From an uncultured delta proteobacterium (GTDB lineage Bacteria; Desulfobacterota; Desulfobacteria; Desulfobacterales; Desulfatirhabdiaceae), in the NCBI GenBank assembly GCA_963789395.1, contig CAWBKP010000013.1:186495-250494 (forward strand): a DNA stretch of 64,000 bases, read 5' to 3'. Below the pieces are notes generated by a model that was not told the origin of the DNA, did not search any database, and saw only the letters and a list, made by a program, of their open reading frames with translations. How positions within the stretch are numbered: the first letter of the stretch is position 1; each line of letters begins with the position of its first letter. The position numbers and the translations under genes are program-made. This document shows positions 1-9,884 of this stretch, in pieces.

Positions 1-670
1 AGGGAATCAGCCGATAATGGGTTCCGATGCCGAATGCCTTTGAAATGCGATCGCAATGGGCGCCCGCGGCATTGATGAACCGCTCGAACCGGATCCTGCC
101 GCACTGCGTCTGAACCAAATTGCTGCCGGCAACGGATTCAAATGCGCAGTTGAAGAAAAACCGAACGTTCCCAGACCCTTCCAGGTCGTTTTTCAGCGAT
201 TTCAGAATTTTTTGCGGGTCCACAACCGCGGTATAATGGGAAAAAATCGCCTTTTGAACGGTCCTGGCATTGGGCTCGATTTCCGCCAGTTCTTTTTCAT
301 CAAGCAGATCCACTTTCGCGCCATTGGCAAGGGCCCGTTCATACAGGGTCTGAAGCACGGGAAGTTCATCCTGGCTTCGGGCGACGATGACTTTTCCGGT
401 TTCCAGAAGCGGAAGCTGTTTCTCCCGGCAGTAGGCTTTCATCAGAAAATTGCCGTTCAGGCAGGACCTGGCCTTCAAGCTGTCCGGGGCATAATAAATG
501 CCGGCATGCAGTACCCCGCTGTTGCGGCCGGAGGCATGCTTTCCGGTCTCCGCTTCTTTTTCTATGACGACAATGTTCCGCCGGCCGTTCTGGACCAGTT
601 CTCTTGCGATCGTCAGGCCCATGATGCCGGCGCCGACAATCAGGACATCTGCTTCAATGGCAGGTATCAT
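1..670 (-). CDS. lhgO: L-2-hydroxyglutarate oxidase-like FAD oxidoreductase (3' end runs off window)
   Basis: Not in ORF track; manual translation from ATG at 670: MIPAIEADVLIVGAGIMG...GKHASGRNSGVLHAGIYYAPDSLKA (FAD GxGxxG plus LhgO signature). Confidence 0.85.
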   Translation of the reverse strand, partial: MIPAIEADVLIVGAGIMGLTIARELVQNGRRNIVVIEKEAETGKHASGRNSGVLHAGIYYAPDSLKARSCLNGNFLMKAYCREKQLPLLETGKVIVARSQDELPVLQTLYERALANGAKVDLLDEKELAEIEPNARTVQKAIFSHYTAVVDPQKILKSLKNDLEGSGNVRFFFNCAFESVAGSNLVQTQCGRIRFERFINAAGAHCDRISKAFGIGTHYRLIP

Positions 671-686
671 GTTTTAAATCCTTTGA

Positions 687-1682
687 TCAGACGACTCCTG
701 CGATAATACCGGAGTCGTTCGGGCTGTCAATGGCAATCCGGTGAATATTGCGGACTCCGGCGCCGGCCAGCATGTCGCTGAGCTGCTGTTCGGAATAGGC
801 CTGGCCGGATGAAGTGCCAAGGAGCATATTCAGTGAAAATAGGGCCGGAAAGAGCGGGCCGCTCATCTCGTTGTTGAGAATGAATTCGTGGATCAGGATC
901 ATGCCGCCCGGAGAAAGGGCGGAAACCGCCTTTTCAATGATCCGTTGGCAGTCTTTGGGCCCTTCGCCGTGCAGGATATGGGAAAGCCAGGCCACATCAT
1001 ACCTTCCTTGCACCGGATCTTCCAGATAACTGCCTGCCTGAAAGCGGATCCGGTCCGACAGACCGAATTTTCCGATGGTGGCTTCGGCAAAAGGCCGGGT
1101 GGTCGGCAGATCAAACACGACAGCCTCGATCTCCGGGTGTTGCAGGCAGAATTGAATGGCATAGGTTCCCGGACCTCCCCCCATATCCAGAAATGATCTG
1201 CGGCCTGAAAGATCGATTTCGGGAACGATCCGGGGCGCAAGCATCATGGCCATATTGAACATGCCCATGAGAAAGCTTTCCCTGGCATCGTCGCTGCTGT
1301 GCGTGGCCCGCGTTCGAACCGGGTTGCCGCTTAGAACCGCCTGATCGAGCTGACTCCAGGACGCGACCAGATGGTGATGATGTTTGATGATGTGTCCGAT
1401 ATAGCCGGGAGATGATTTGCTGAGAAACGCCTTGGCCTCGGGTGTATTGGCATAAATGTCGCCGGATTTCTCCAGAAGGTTCATGGCGGTCAGGGCATTC
1501 AGCAACATGGCCAGAGCTCTGGGGTCTGCCCGGAGTTGTTCCGCGATGTCCCCTGCAGATAGGCGCTTGTCTGCCATTACCGTAAATACATCCAGCTGTA
1601 CCGCTGCATGAAGTGCGCAGGTTTTCCAGTATCCCCCGGATGTCTCCAAAAGCGTTCCCGGATTCCATTCTGCGTGTTCCAT
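687..1682 (-). CDS. SAM-dependent O-methyltransferase (Methyltransf_2 type with N-terminal dimerisation domain)
   Basis: LDMGGGPG SAM motif, VFDLP, WLSHILH, SLNML. Confidence 0.9.
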   Translation of the reverse strand: MEHAEWNPGTLLETSGGYWKTCALHAAVQLDVFTVMADKRLSAGDIAEQLRADPRALAMLLNALTAMNLLEKSGDIYANTPEAKAFLSKSSPGYIGHIIKHHHHLVASWSQLDQAVLSGNPVRTRATHSSDDARESFLMGMFNMAMMLAPRIVPEIDLSGRRSFLDMGGGPGTYAIQFCLQHPEIEAVVFDLPTTRPFAEATIGKFGLSDRIRFQAGSYLEDPVQGRYDVAWLSHILHGEGPKDCQRIIEKAVSALSPGGMILIHEFILNNEMSGPLFPALFSLNMLLGTSSGQAYSEQQLSDMLAGAGVRNIHRIAIDSPNDSGIIAGVV

Positions 1683-1760
1683 AGCAATCTCCTTGTCAGA
1701 TGGTGACGAAAAAAATTGATAAAACTCAGGCGTTGATAGATATTTCTTCAGTATGCAGCC

Positions 1761-3659
1761 TCACGGAATCACTTCTTCAGCCGGCAGGGATTCGGGTGAA
1801 AACGCTATCGTCAACTCATACACCCCGCTGGAGAGGGTAGCTTTAACAGCCTGTCCGCCTTTTTCAAACACCTTCATCATGGATTTGTTGGAGGTGAGTA
1901 CATCCGCGGTAAAGCCCTGAAGCCCGCGTTCCTTTGCCAGACGGATCAACATGGCATAGAGGTAGCTGGCGATGCCAAGGCCCTGGTATTTTTCGTCGAC
2001 AACAAAGGCCACATCGCCGTACGGTTTTTCCCGATGTTTTATAAATCTGGCTTCGGCGATGATCTGGCCCTCGCCCGTATCACCGATGACACCCACAATG
2101 GACAGGGTCTCACGAAAATCGACATTTACATATTGCTGCATTTTGGCATGGGGCATGGTTTTAATGGGAGAAAAATACCGGTAATACACCCCCTTATCGG
2201 AAAACCGGTAAAACAGGCGGCGCATTTCTTCTTCATCCGATGGACGGATGGCGCGAAATCTGACGGTTGTTCCCCCTTTGAAGGTATGCCGGGTGGATAT
2301 TTCAGACGGGTAGAGATGCGCGCTTTCAGCAATATAAATCTGGTCAGGATACAGAATGTTTTCCGCTTTGGCCTGTTCGATCAGTCCGGGCCGGTCATCG
2401 GGATGTGCGATTTCAATCAGCGCCTGTGCCCGTTCCCTCAGGGTCCGTCCTTTCAAAGATGCCACGCCATATTCGGTAACCACCAGGTTCACCGATTCCC
2501 GGATGCCGAGTTCATTGGGAAAATGCTCTACCGACAGCAGAATATTGGGCTCGTTTTTCAGGTTTCGGCTGGGAAGGGCAAATACGGTATAGCCGCCTCT
2601 TGAGATTTCCGCTCCGTTCAGCATATCCATGGCCTCGCCCGGGCCGGCGGAGACATTCCCTTTGCCGATGTGAAAAGCGATCCGGCCGGAAATATCGACT
2701 TTCCGGGCCGGCAGAATCGCCACGAACCGGGGGTTTCGTCCGATCTGCATGGGACTGATCACCCGGTCTATTCCCTGAAACTCCACCAGCGGGTTTCGAT
2801 TCAGCCAGGAGAGCATGGCCGGGGTTCCAAATCCGTAGCAGGCCAGGGATTTGCCGCGGAACGTGTTCTTGTAGCGGTTGGTGACAGCCCCGCTGGTCAC
2901 CAGATCCATCAGCGCGTCTGTGAAAATGGCCGTGTGGATGCCAAGATGCCGCTTGCGGGACAGATGGGGGCTGAGGGCATCGAACAAGGACCCGATGGAA
3001 TAAGCCAGGCAGCTGCCGTCTTCGATGATCGAAGCCACATTTTCCGCAACCCGGTCAATGATTTCATTCACCGGCCACCGGTCAAAATAGAGCGGCGGGT
3101 CTGTGGAATGCACGAGAAAATGAAAATCCGAAACCGGAACAAACGTATCGCCAAAGGTCTCTGGAATCAGGGAATTGATTTCTCCGATGACCAGAGAGGC
3201 CCGCTCCATGACTTGACGGGATACATCGCCCGCAATTCCGAGGCTGCAGTATCCGGCTTCATTTGGCGGCGTAATCTGAATAAAGGCGGCATCCACCGGA
3301 AGCTGGCCAGACTCGATGAGCAGGGGGATATCCGAAAACCGGCTGGGGATGAGATCCACGCGGCCTGTGGCGATTGCCTCTCCGGCCACCCAGCCGGAAA
3401 AAAAAGTTTTCAGGCGGTATCTTTGGGATTGAAGGGATTGAAGGGAAATGGCATCGCCGAAACTGACGATCTGAATCAGTTCCAGGTCCATCAGGTTTCC
3501 GGCCTCCGATGCCATCAGGTGTTTGACCAGGGTTCTCGGCTCACCTACGCCGGTTCCCAGAAATATGCTCATTCCCGGTTCAATCTGCGCCAGAGCCTTT
3601 TCCGGAGAAACCACGCGGTTCTGCCAGCCTGTTATCGGAGACATTGTCTGATCCATCAC
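1761..3659 (-). CDS. Acetyl-CoA hydrolase/CoA-transferase-like domain fused to C-terminal GNAT acetyltransferase
   Basis: VVTEYGVASLKGRTLRERAQALIEIAHPDDR; C-terminal RRLFYRFS...YYRYF...YQGLGIA GNAT motif. Confidence 0.88.
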   Translation of the reverse strand: MMDQTMSPITGWQNRVVSPEKALAQIEPGMSIFLGTGVGEPRTLVKHLMASEAGNLMDLELIQIVSFGDAISLQSLQSQRYRLKTFFSGWVAGEAIATGRVDLIPSRFSDIPLLIESGQLPVDAAFIQITPPNEAGYCSLGIAGDVSRQVMERASLVIGEINSLIPETFGDTFVPVSDFHFLVHSTDPPLYFDRWPVNEIIDRVAENVASIIEDGSCLAYSIGSLFDALSPHLSRKRHLGIHTAIFTDALMDLVTSGAVTNRYKNTFRGKSLACYGFGTPAMLSWLNRNPLVEFQGIDRVISPMQIGRNPRFVAILPARKVDISGRIAFHIGKGNVSAGPGEAMDMLNGAEISRGGYTVFALPSRNLKNEPNILLSVEHFPNELGIRESVNLVVTEYGVASLKGRTLRERAQALIEIAHPDDRPGLIEQAKAENILYPDQIYIAESAHLYPSEISTRHTFKGGTTVRFRAIRPSDEEEMRRLFYRFSDKGVYYRYFSPIKTMPHAKMQQYVNVDFRETLSIVGVIGDTGEGQIIAEARFIKHREKPYGDVAFVVDEKYQGLGIASYLYAMLIRLAKERGLQGFTADVLTSNKSMMKVFEKGGQAVKATLSSGVYELTIAFSPESLPAEEVIP

Positions 3660-3676
3660 AATTGCGATTCCTGAAC

Positions 3677-4621
3677 TTATTGTTTATCGATCCGGGTCAA
3701 TCCGGCTTCCAGAGCGTACTGAAGCGCTTTTGCATGTTCCTGCGGTGTGATCTGTCTGCGAAGCGATTTCATGCTTCCGATGTCGCCGCTGGGATGATAC
3801 TGGGCCATGACGTTGACATAAGTGTCCGCTGACACCTTCGTTGCAATAAATTTCATGATTTCAAGTGTTTCCGAAAGGCCGCCGGGCATGACCAGGTGGC
3901 GGATCAGCAGGCCTCTTCTGGCCAGGCCGGAAGCATCCATGACCAGGTCCCCGACCTGTCGATGCATTTCCACTATAGCCTTTCTGGCCGCATCGGGATA
4001 ATCGGGCGCGCCGCACGTGATATCCGAAGTGCGCGGATCCCAGAACTTGAAATCCGGCATGTAGATATCCACAACACCATCCAGAATTTGAAGGGTTTCC
4101 ACGGCGTCATAAGCGCTGGAGTTATAGATCAGGGGAAGCGACAGACCTCTTTCGGCTGCCAGCAGCACCGCGGAGAGAATCTGGGGAACGACATGCGAAG
4201 GCGTCACGAAATTGATGTTGTGGCAGCCTTCTTTCTGGAGTTCCAGCATCATATTGGCCAGTTCCATCTCTGAAACCGGTTTTCCCATGCCCTTGTGGCT
4301 GATTTCAAAATTCTGGCAGAAATTGCACTTCAAATTGCAGTGGGTAAAAAAAATGGTTCCGGACCCATACCGGCCAACCAGTGGAGATTCTTCTCCAAAA
4401 TGGGCGTGGTATCCGTAAACAATGGCCTGCTCCGTGGTCCGGCAAATGCCTTTTTCGCCCGCTTTCCGGTTGACCCGGCATTTTCGGGGGCACAGCGTGC
4501 AGGATTGAAGCATAGCTGCCGCCTGCTGAATCTTTTCCCGCAGCAGGCCTTTTCCCCAGGTCTGAATATAACAGGGGGCATCGGAGCTCATAAGGATATA
4601 TCCGGTGATGCCATAGGGCAT
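3677..4621 (-). CDS. Radical SAM protein, PflX-like (start may be 4591)
   Basis: CTLCPRKC, HFGEE, CNLKCNFCQN, HNINFVTP, DIYMPDFKF, RHLVMPG. Confidence 0.88.
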   Translation of the reverse strand: MPYGITGYILMSSDAPCYIQTWGKGLLREKIQQAAAMLQSCTLCPRKCRVNRKAGEKGICRTTEQAIVYGYHAHFGEESPLVGRYGSGTIFFTHCNLKCNFCQNFEISHKGMGKPVSEMELANMMLELQKEGCHNINFVTPSHVVPQILSAVLLAAERGLSLPLIYNSSAYDAVETLQILDGVVDIYMPDFKFWDPRTSDITCGAPDYPDAARKAIVEMHRQVGDLVMDASGLARRGLLIRHLVMPGGLSETLEIMKFIATKVSADTYVNVMAQYHPSGDIGSMKSLRRQITPQEHAKALQYALEAGLTRIDKQ

Positions 4622-4886
4622 CCAATATTTCAGTTGACGAATTTTTGCCAGAACGGAAAGTCAGTTCAGTCGTTCATTAAAATAAAAGTTGACTATAATC
4701 GAGAAACCTTCAGCCTGTCCACTTGAGTATCTACCCAATAATAAAGATATCATACAAAGTCAACAAAGGGAACTTGCCAGGCAGTTAAACATCGGGGATA
4801 TCCCGGTTCCGGCACATAAATATATCGCTTTTTCAAAAGACATCGGATAAAGAAATAACGATCACCATCCGAGGAGACGTTCAGCC

Positions 4887-6482
4887 ATGATGCGTGTTTT
4901 CAGAAATGATCTGATTGATTCCAATCAGTTTGTCGTTACACTGGAGCTGGTGCCGGGCCGAGAGCACGGGGGCAAATCCGTTGAAACGGTCATGCGGATT
5001 GCAGCCGATGCTTTTTCAGATGGCCGCATCTCTGCAGTGTCCATGACGGACAACCCCGGCGGGAACCCCTCGCTCAGCCCGGATGTTCTGGGATCTGAAA
5101 TTTTCAAGCTCGGCATGGATGTGATCGTCCACTTCACCTGCCGGGACATGAATCGGGTCGGACTGGAAAGCCGGGCCCTTCAGCTTGCCATGATGGGCAT
5201 GAAGAATATCCTGGCGCTGACCGGAGACTATGCCGGGCAGGGATTTGCCGGGCAGGGGGCTCCGGTGTTTGACCTGGATTCGGTCACGATGCAGTGTCTG
5301 CTGGCCATGCTGAGTGATCGCATCATGACAGCAGGGGATCCGGACGGTTTTTTCAGCGGCTGCGCCATTTCGCCGTTTAAATATACCGAAGCCGAGAGCT
5401 TTGCCCAGTACGCCAAATTGTGCCGCAAGACAAAGGCCGGCGCGCAGTTTATCATCACACAGCTTGGGTATGATGCGCGAAAATTTCAGGAGCTGATGCG
5501 GATACAGGCGCTCATGGGGATTCAACTGCCGACTCTGGGATCGGTATATGTCCTGACCCCGAAGGTTGCAAGCCTGATGAACCAGGGAAAAATCCCCGGT
5601 GCAGTGGTGCCGGATCGGCTTCTTAACAGGGTCCGGGACGAGTGGGCGGATCCGGCCGGCGGCCGGGCGGCCGGCATTGAGCGGGCAGCGCAGCTTGCAG
5701 TGGTATTACAAGGGCTGGGGTACCGGGGAATTCATATCAGTGGCATTCATAAACGATTTGAATCCGTTGCCAGGATTCTGGACCGCATGAAACAAATCGA
5801 GAACCGCTGGCCGGAATTTCTTCCGGAATTTGATTTCTCACCCCCCGATGGATTCCATGCTTTTCCGGAAACCGCCACATCCGCTGCTCTGCCGCACAAC
5901 TACGGTCGTAAACCGATACGAATGCCGTTATTGGGAAGGCTCCATTTCCACCTGCTTGAACTGGCCCACAGTCTTTTTTTCAACACCGACGCTTCCCTTG
6001 CCCCTCTGTATCAGCGATTGAGTAAATGGTGTGATGGCACCCCGTCGGCGCGAGCGACCCTGCATTTTGCAGAAAATGTGGGAAAACAGGTGATGCTGGA
6101 CTGCCGGCAGTGCGGCGACTGCGCCATCCAGCACCTGGCATTCCAGTGTCCGGAATCGGGCTGTCCCAAACACATCCGAAACGGGGCCTGCGGCGGTAGC
6201 CGTAACGGCCGATGTGAAGTGTATCCGGACAGATGGTGCATCTGGTATCAGACCTATCTGCGTTGGGCGCATGCCGGGAAATCCGATGAAATGCTTGAAG
6301 GCTGCATTCCGCCGCGCAAATGGGAGCTTGACCGCACATCATCCTGGCTGAACTTCCATCTGAGAAGGGATCACCAGGGGGCATCGGAGGAGTTTGCCCG
6401 TTTCTGCTGCACGCGCGCTTTCTGCGGCTCTCCGGACAGCGGCATCTGTATCGGAACGAAGAAACGGGCCCCAATGCTGTAA
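4887..6482 (+). CDS. metF: Methylenetetrahydrofolate reductase with fused C-terminal Cys-rich MetV/MTHFR_C domain
   Basis: TDNPGG, HFTCRDMNR, NILALTGD, ITQLGYD; C-terminal CRQCGDC...CPKHIRNGACGG...CEV...CIW. Confidence 0.85.
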   Translation: MMRVFRNDLIDSNQFVVTLELVPGREHGGKSVETVMRIAADAFSDGRISAVSMTDNPGGNPSLSPDVLGSEIFKLGMDVIVHFTCRDMNRVGLESRALQLAMMGMKNILALTGDYAGQGFAGQGAPVFDLDSVTMQCLLAMLSDRIMTAGDPDGFFSGCAISPFKYTEAESFAQYAKLCRKTKAGAQFIITQLGYDARKFQELMRIQALMGIQLPTLGSVYVLTPKVASLMNQGKIPGAVVPDRLLNRVRDEWADPAGGRAAGIERAAQLAVVLQGLGYRGIHISGIHKRFESVARILDRMKQIENRWPEFLPEFDFSPPDGFHAFPETATSAALPHNYGRKPIRMPLLGRLHFHLLELAHSLFFNTDASLAPLYQRLSKWCDGTPSARATLHFAENVGKQVMLDCRQCGDCAIQHLAFQCPESGCPKHIRNGACGGSRNGRCEVYPDRWCIWYQTYLRWAHAGKSDEMLEGCIPPRKWELDRTSSWLNFHLRRDHQGASEEFARFCCTRAFCGSPDSGICIGTKKRAPML

Positions 6483-6615
6483 TAATATTGGATGCATCGT
6501 AAGATGCCATAAACGGCCACTTTTTGTCCAGGATATCCGGTGAGTTATGCAAAACGGGATTGAATACGGGCGCCCTGCAACGGGAGTTTCGGCAATTTAA
6601 GGATGGAGGCAAGCT

Positions 6616-7062
6616 ATGAAAAGATTATTTTCCATTTGTATCATGATGACGATTCTGCTGCCGTGCCTTGCCACGGGCGAAGAACCGCCGATAGGAAAAA
6701 TAAAAACAAGCAGGGGTGATGTTGTTTTCATCCGCAGTGGCGAAGAAATCGCCATGAATACCGGTGATAAGATTTGCCAGAATGACATCATACGGACGGG
6801 GGAGGACAGCTCTGTGGGAATTATTTTTGAAGACGACACGATGTTGTCCCTGGGGCCGAAAAGCGAAATAGCCATTGATGAATATGTTTTTGCCCCCCAG
6901 GAAGGCAAACTGTCCATGATTGCCAGTATGCTCAAAGGCACAGCCGCTTATCTATCCGGCATCATAGGCCGGCAGTCACCGGAATCGGTGAAGTTTCAGA
7001 CTCCGGATGCAACAATCGGTATCCGGGGTACAAAATTTCTCGTTAAGGTGGAAGACAAATAA
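6616..7062 (+). CDS. Secreted FecR-domain protein
   Basis: Signal peptide; DIIRTG, FEDDTMLSLGP, TPDATIGIRGTKF. Confidence 0.85.
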   Translation: MKRLFSICIMMTILLPCLATGEEPPIGKIKTSRGDVVFIRSGEEIAMNTGDKICQNDIIRTGEDSSVGIIFEDDTMLSLGPKSEIAIDEYVFAPQEGKLSMIASMLKGTAAYLSGIIGRQSPESVKFQTPDATIGIRGTKFLVKVEDK

Positions 7063-7142
7063 TCATAGGCCTTGCGGGCGGCATTCCGGCACTTTTAAAT
7101 TACCCGTTAAATTGTCATACGGTTCGTACGAATGAGAGGAAT

Positions 7143-7745
7143 ATGAAAAGAGTTATATCGATACTTATAGGCATTGCCCTCATTGGGGGTTTGGCTGGCT
7201 GTGGAGGCAAGAGCATGGTAGTATTGCTCCCGGACCTTGACGGTAATGTCGGGCGGGTGGTCGTGGCGACAGATGGCGGGCAGCAGATCTTGAGCGAAGC
7301 CAATCAGTCGGTGCAGGCAAAAGGTCGGAAGGCAACTCCGGGTGAGGTAAGAAAACTCAGTGCAGATGAGATCTGGTCCACATTTTCCGATGTGCTGGCT
7401 GCGCAGCCACTGCCGCCGGTAAAATTCATCCTTTATTTTGTGTCGAATTCAAATGAACTGACCAGTCAATCCAGGCCTGTTCTGCCGCAAATTATTCAAG
7501 CCATTCAGGAGAGGGATCCTGCCGACATTGTTATCTCGGGGCATACCGACACGGTCGGTTCAATTGGATTCAATGAAAAGCTGTCCCTTGACAGGGCAAG
7601 GGTTATTTATGACATTCTGGTGGCCAACGGCGCAACTCCTGCCAATATTACCGTCGCCGCCTACGGCAAAGGGCACCCGCTTGTTGAAACATCCGATAAT
7701 GTTCCGGAACCCAGAAACCGAAGGGTAGAGGTCATGATAAAATAA
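7143..7745 (+). CDS. OmpA-family lipoprotein
   Basis: Lipobox LAGC; GHTDTVG...NEKLSLDRA...NRRVE. Confidence 0.9.
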   Translation: MKRVISILIGIALIGGLAGCGGKSMVVLLPDLDGNVGRVVVATDGGQQILSEANQSVQAKGRKATPGEVRKLSADEIWSTFSDVLAAQPLPPVKFILYFVSNSNELTSQSRPVLPQIIQAIQERDPADIVISGHTDTVGSIGFNEKLSLDRARVIYDILVANGATPANITVAAYGKGHPLVETSDNVPEPRNRRVEVMIK

Positions 7746-7773
7746 TTTTTCCTTCGGAACAGCGCGGTTATCC

Positions 7774-9857
7774 ATGAAAACTGAATCAATCATATTTCCA
7801 GCCCAGGATTCCAGGAAGGTTATCGTAATCAGCCGGCAGGGAAGCCGCAGCATCCTTATCTGGGGGCTCCTGTCCACCCTGTTTTTTACCGCCATCTTCG
7901 CCCTCAAGCCAACCCTGCTGCAACCGCTTGATTTTAAGAATTATGACTTGCTTATCAGGAATTTCCCAAACAATTACGCCGGCAGCAGGCCGGTAATTGT
8001 TGACATAGATGAAAAAAGCCTGATGCGATATGGTCAGTGGCCCTGGCCCCGCTACCAGGTGGCCAGGCTGTTTGATAAAATCGTAGCCATGGAGCCGTCT
8101 GTCATCGGCCTTGACATGGTTTTTCGGAACCCGACAGGACCTCTGCGGGGCGGCTGCTGAAAGATCTTGCGGATGCCTATCAGCTTAATTTCGCAGTTGG
8201 CGGGCTTCCCGGTAAATTGAGCGATAACGATCAGATCCTTGCTGAAACACTGGCCAATGGACCCTTTGTTTTGGGCAATAAATTCCAATTCAGCAGGATT
8301 GAAAAAAGTTTGGAACAATGCATTCTTCACCCCGTCAAGGTTTCGTTTTTGCAGAATACGGGAGGACAGGAAAAGAACTTGGGGCTTCCGGAAAGCTTTG
8401 GTGTGCTTTGTAATTTGACAATTCTCTCTGAAAAGGTCGGTGCTTCAGGGTTTTTTAATTTCAGTCCCGATCCGGACGGCATGTTGAGGCGACTGCCGCT
8501 GCTCATTCAGTACAATGGGGAAGTTTATGCCAGCCTGGCTCTTGCCATGGTTTTAAAACTTAAGAAAGCCGACAATCTCCTTCTGAAAAAAGACGAAGGC
8601 ACCCTGAAAACAATCAGTTACAAGGGTATTGCCATTCCTGTTGACCCCCACGGCCAATTGCTGGTCAAGTTCCGGGGCCCGAACAGGAGTTATGACTATA
8701 TATCGGCAGCGGATATCCTGGACGGCATTGTTTCATCAGACCGGCTGCAGGGGCGAATCGCTTTTGTCGGAACCTCGGCGACCGGCCTGAATGAGTTGCG
8801 GACCACGCCCTTTGATCCGATATTTCCAGGGGTAGAGGTGCATGCCACTGTTGTTGATAATCTGCTGACCGGTGATTTCATTGCGGTGCCAAGCTGGTCC
8901 AATGGCTTGGTCCTGCTACTTGTTATCGTTCTGGGTGTGTCAGTGAGTTTGTTGATTGCCTTCAGTGGTGCCGCATCTGGCTTTATTTTCATGCTGCTTT
9001 TTATTGTTGGGTTATGGTTGGCAACGCAACAGTTTTTTTATCGCATGGGATTGTTTGTCGGGACAGCATTTCCGGTTGCAACTGTTGTCTGTAATTACAT
9101 ATTCCTGACCGTTCTCAAATATCGGCTGGAAGAAAAGAAAATGCTTTCGGGCATGCGGGAACTGCTTCTCACCCAGGACATAACCATCGAGAGCATGGCC
9201 AACCTGGCAGAATACCGGGATCCGGAAACCGGCGGCCATATTAAGCGCACCAGGAGATATGTAAGGCTGCTGGCAGCGCACATCAAGCAGCTCGACAAGT
9301 ACAAAGGCTTCCTGAATGATGCAAACATTGATATGCTTTATAAATCTGCCCCGCTCCACGATATCGGCAAGGTCGGCATCCCCGATCATATACTTCTTAA
9401 ACAGGGCAGGCTGACCGAGGAAGAGTTTGAAGTCATGAAGACCCATACGACCATCGGCCGTGACGTCATCGAGTCCTCCGTTAGTAAGCTCGGCAAAAAA
9501 TCTTTTCTGACCATTGCCGCAGAAATGGCTTACTCGCACCAGGAGAAATGGGACGGCTCAGGATATCCGCAGGGCCTCAAAGGGGATGGAATCCCCATCA
9601 GCGGCAGACTTATGGCACTGGCCGATGTCTATGACGCCTTGATCAGCAAGCGGGTCTACAAGCCCCCCTTTTCGCATGCCAAGTCGGTGGACATTATTAA
9701 AAAAGCCAGGGGGACTCTCTTTGACCCTGACATGGTGGATGCGTTTCTTGAAATCCATGAAGAGTTCAGAAATATCGCCCGCAAATTTGCCGATTCCAAA
9801 GAGGAACGGGATGCCCTGGAGAACGACATGACCCGAGATTCGGGGCCGCATCCATAA
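7774..9857 (+). CDS. CHASE2 sensor / HD-GYP c-di-GMP phosphodiesterase, split by a 1-nt frameshift near 8120-8124
   Basis: IVDIDEKSL..YGQWPWPR and PGVEVHA (CHASE2); RDPETGGH, HDIGK, HQEKWDGSGYP, ADVYDAL; one extra T in the T5 run joins the ORFs (MVFSEPDRTS...). Confidence 0.85.
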
Positions 9858-9884
9858 ATACGTGTCAAGATCTGCCAAGGCGTC

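Noticed and set aside
56..706. 216-aa plus-strand ORF and similar long antisense ORFs (2670-3674, 10056-10979, 49419-50312, 50731-51636, 54503-55327, 62245-63048)
   Set aside because: They are shadows of well-supported genes on the opposite strand and have no recognisable motifs
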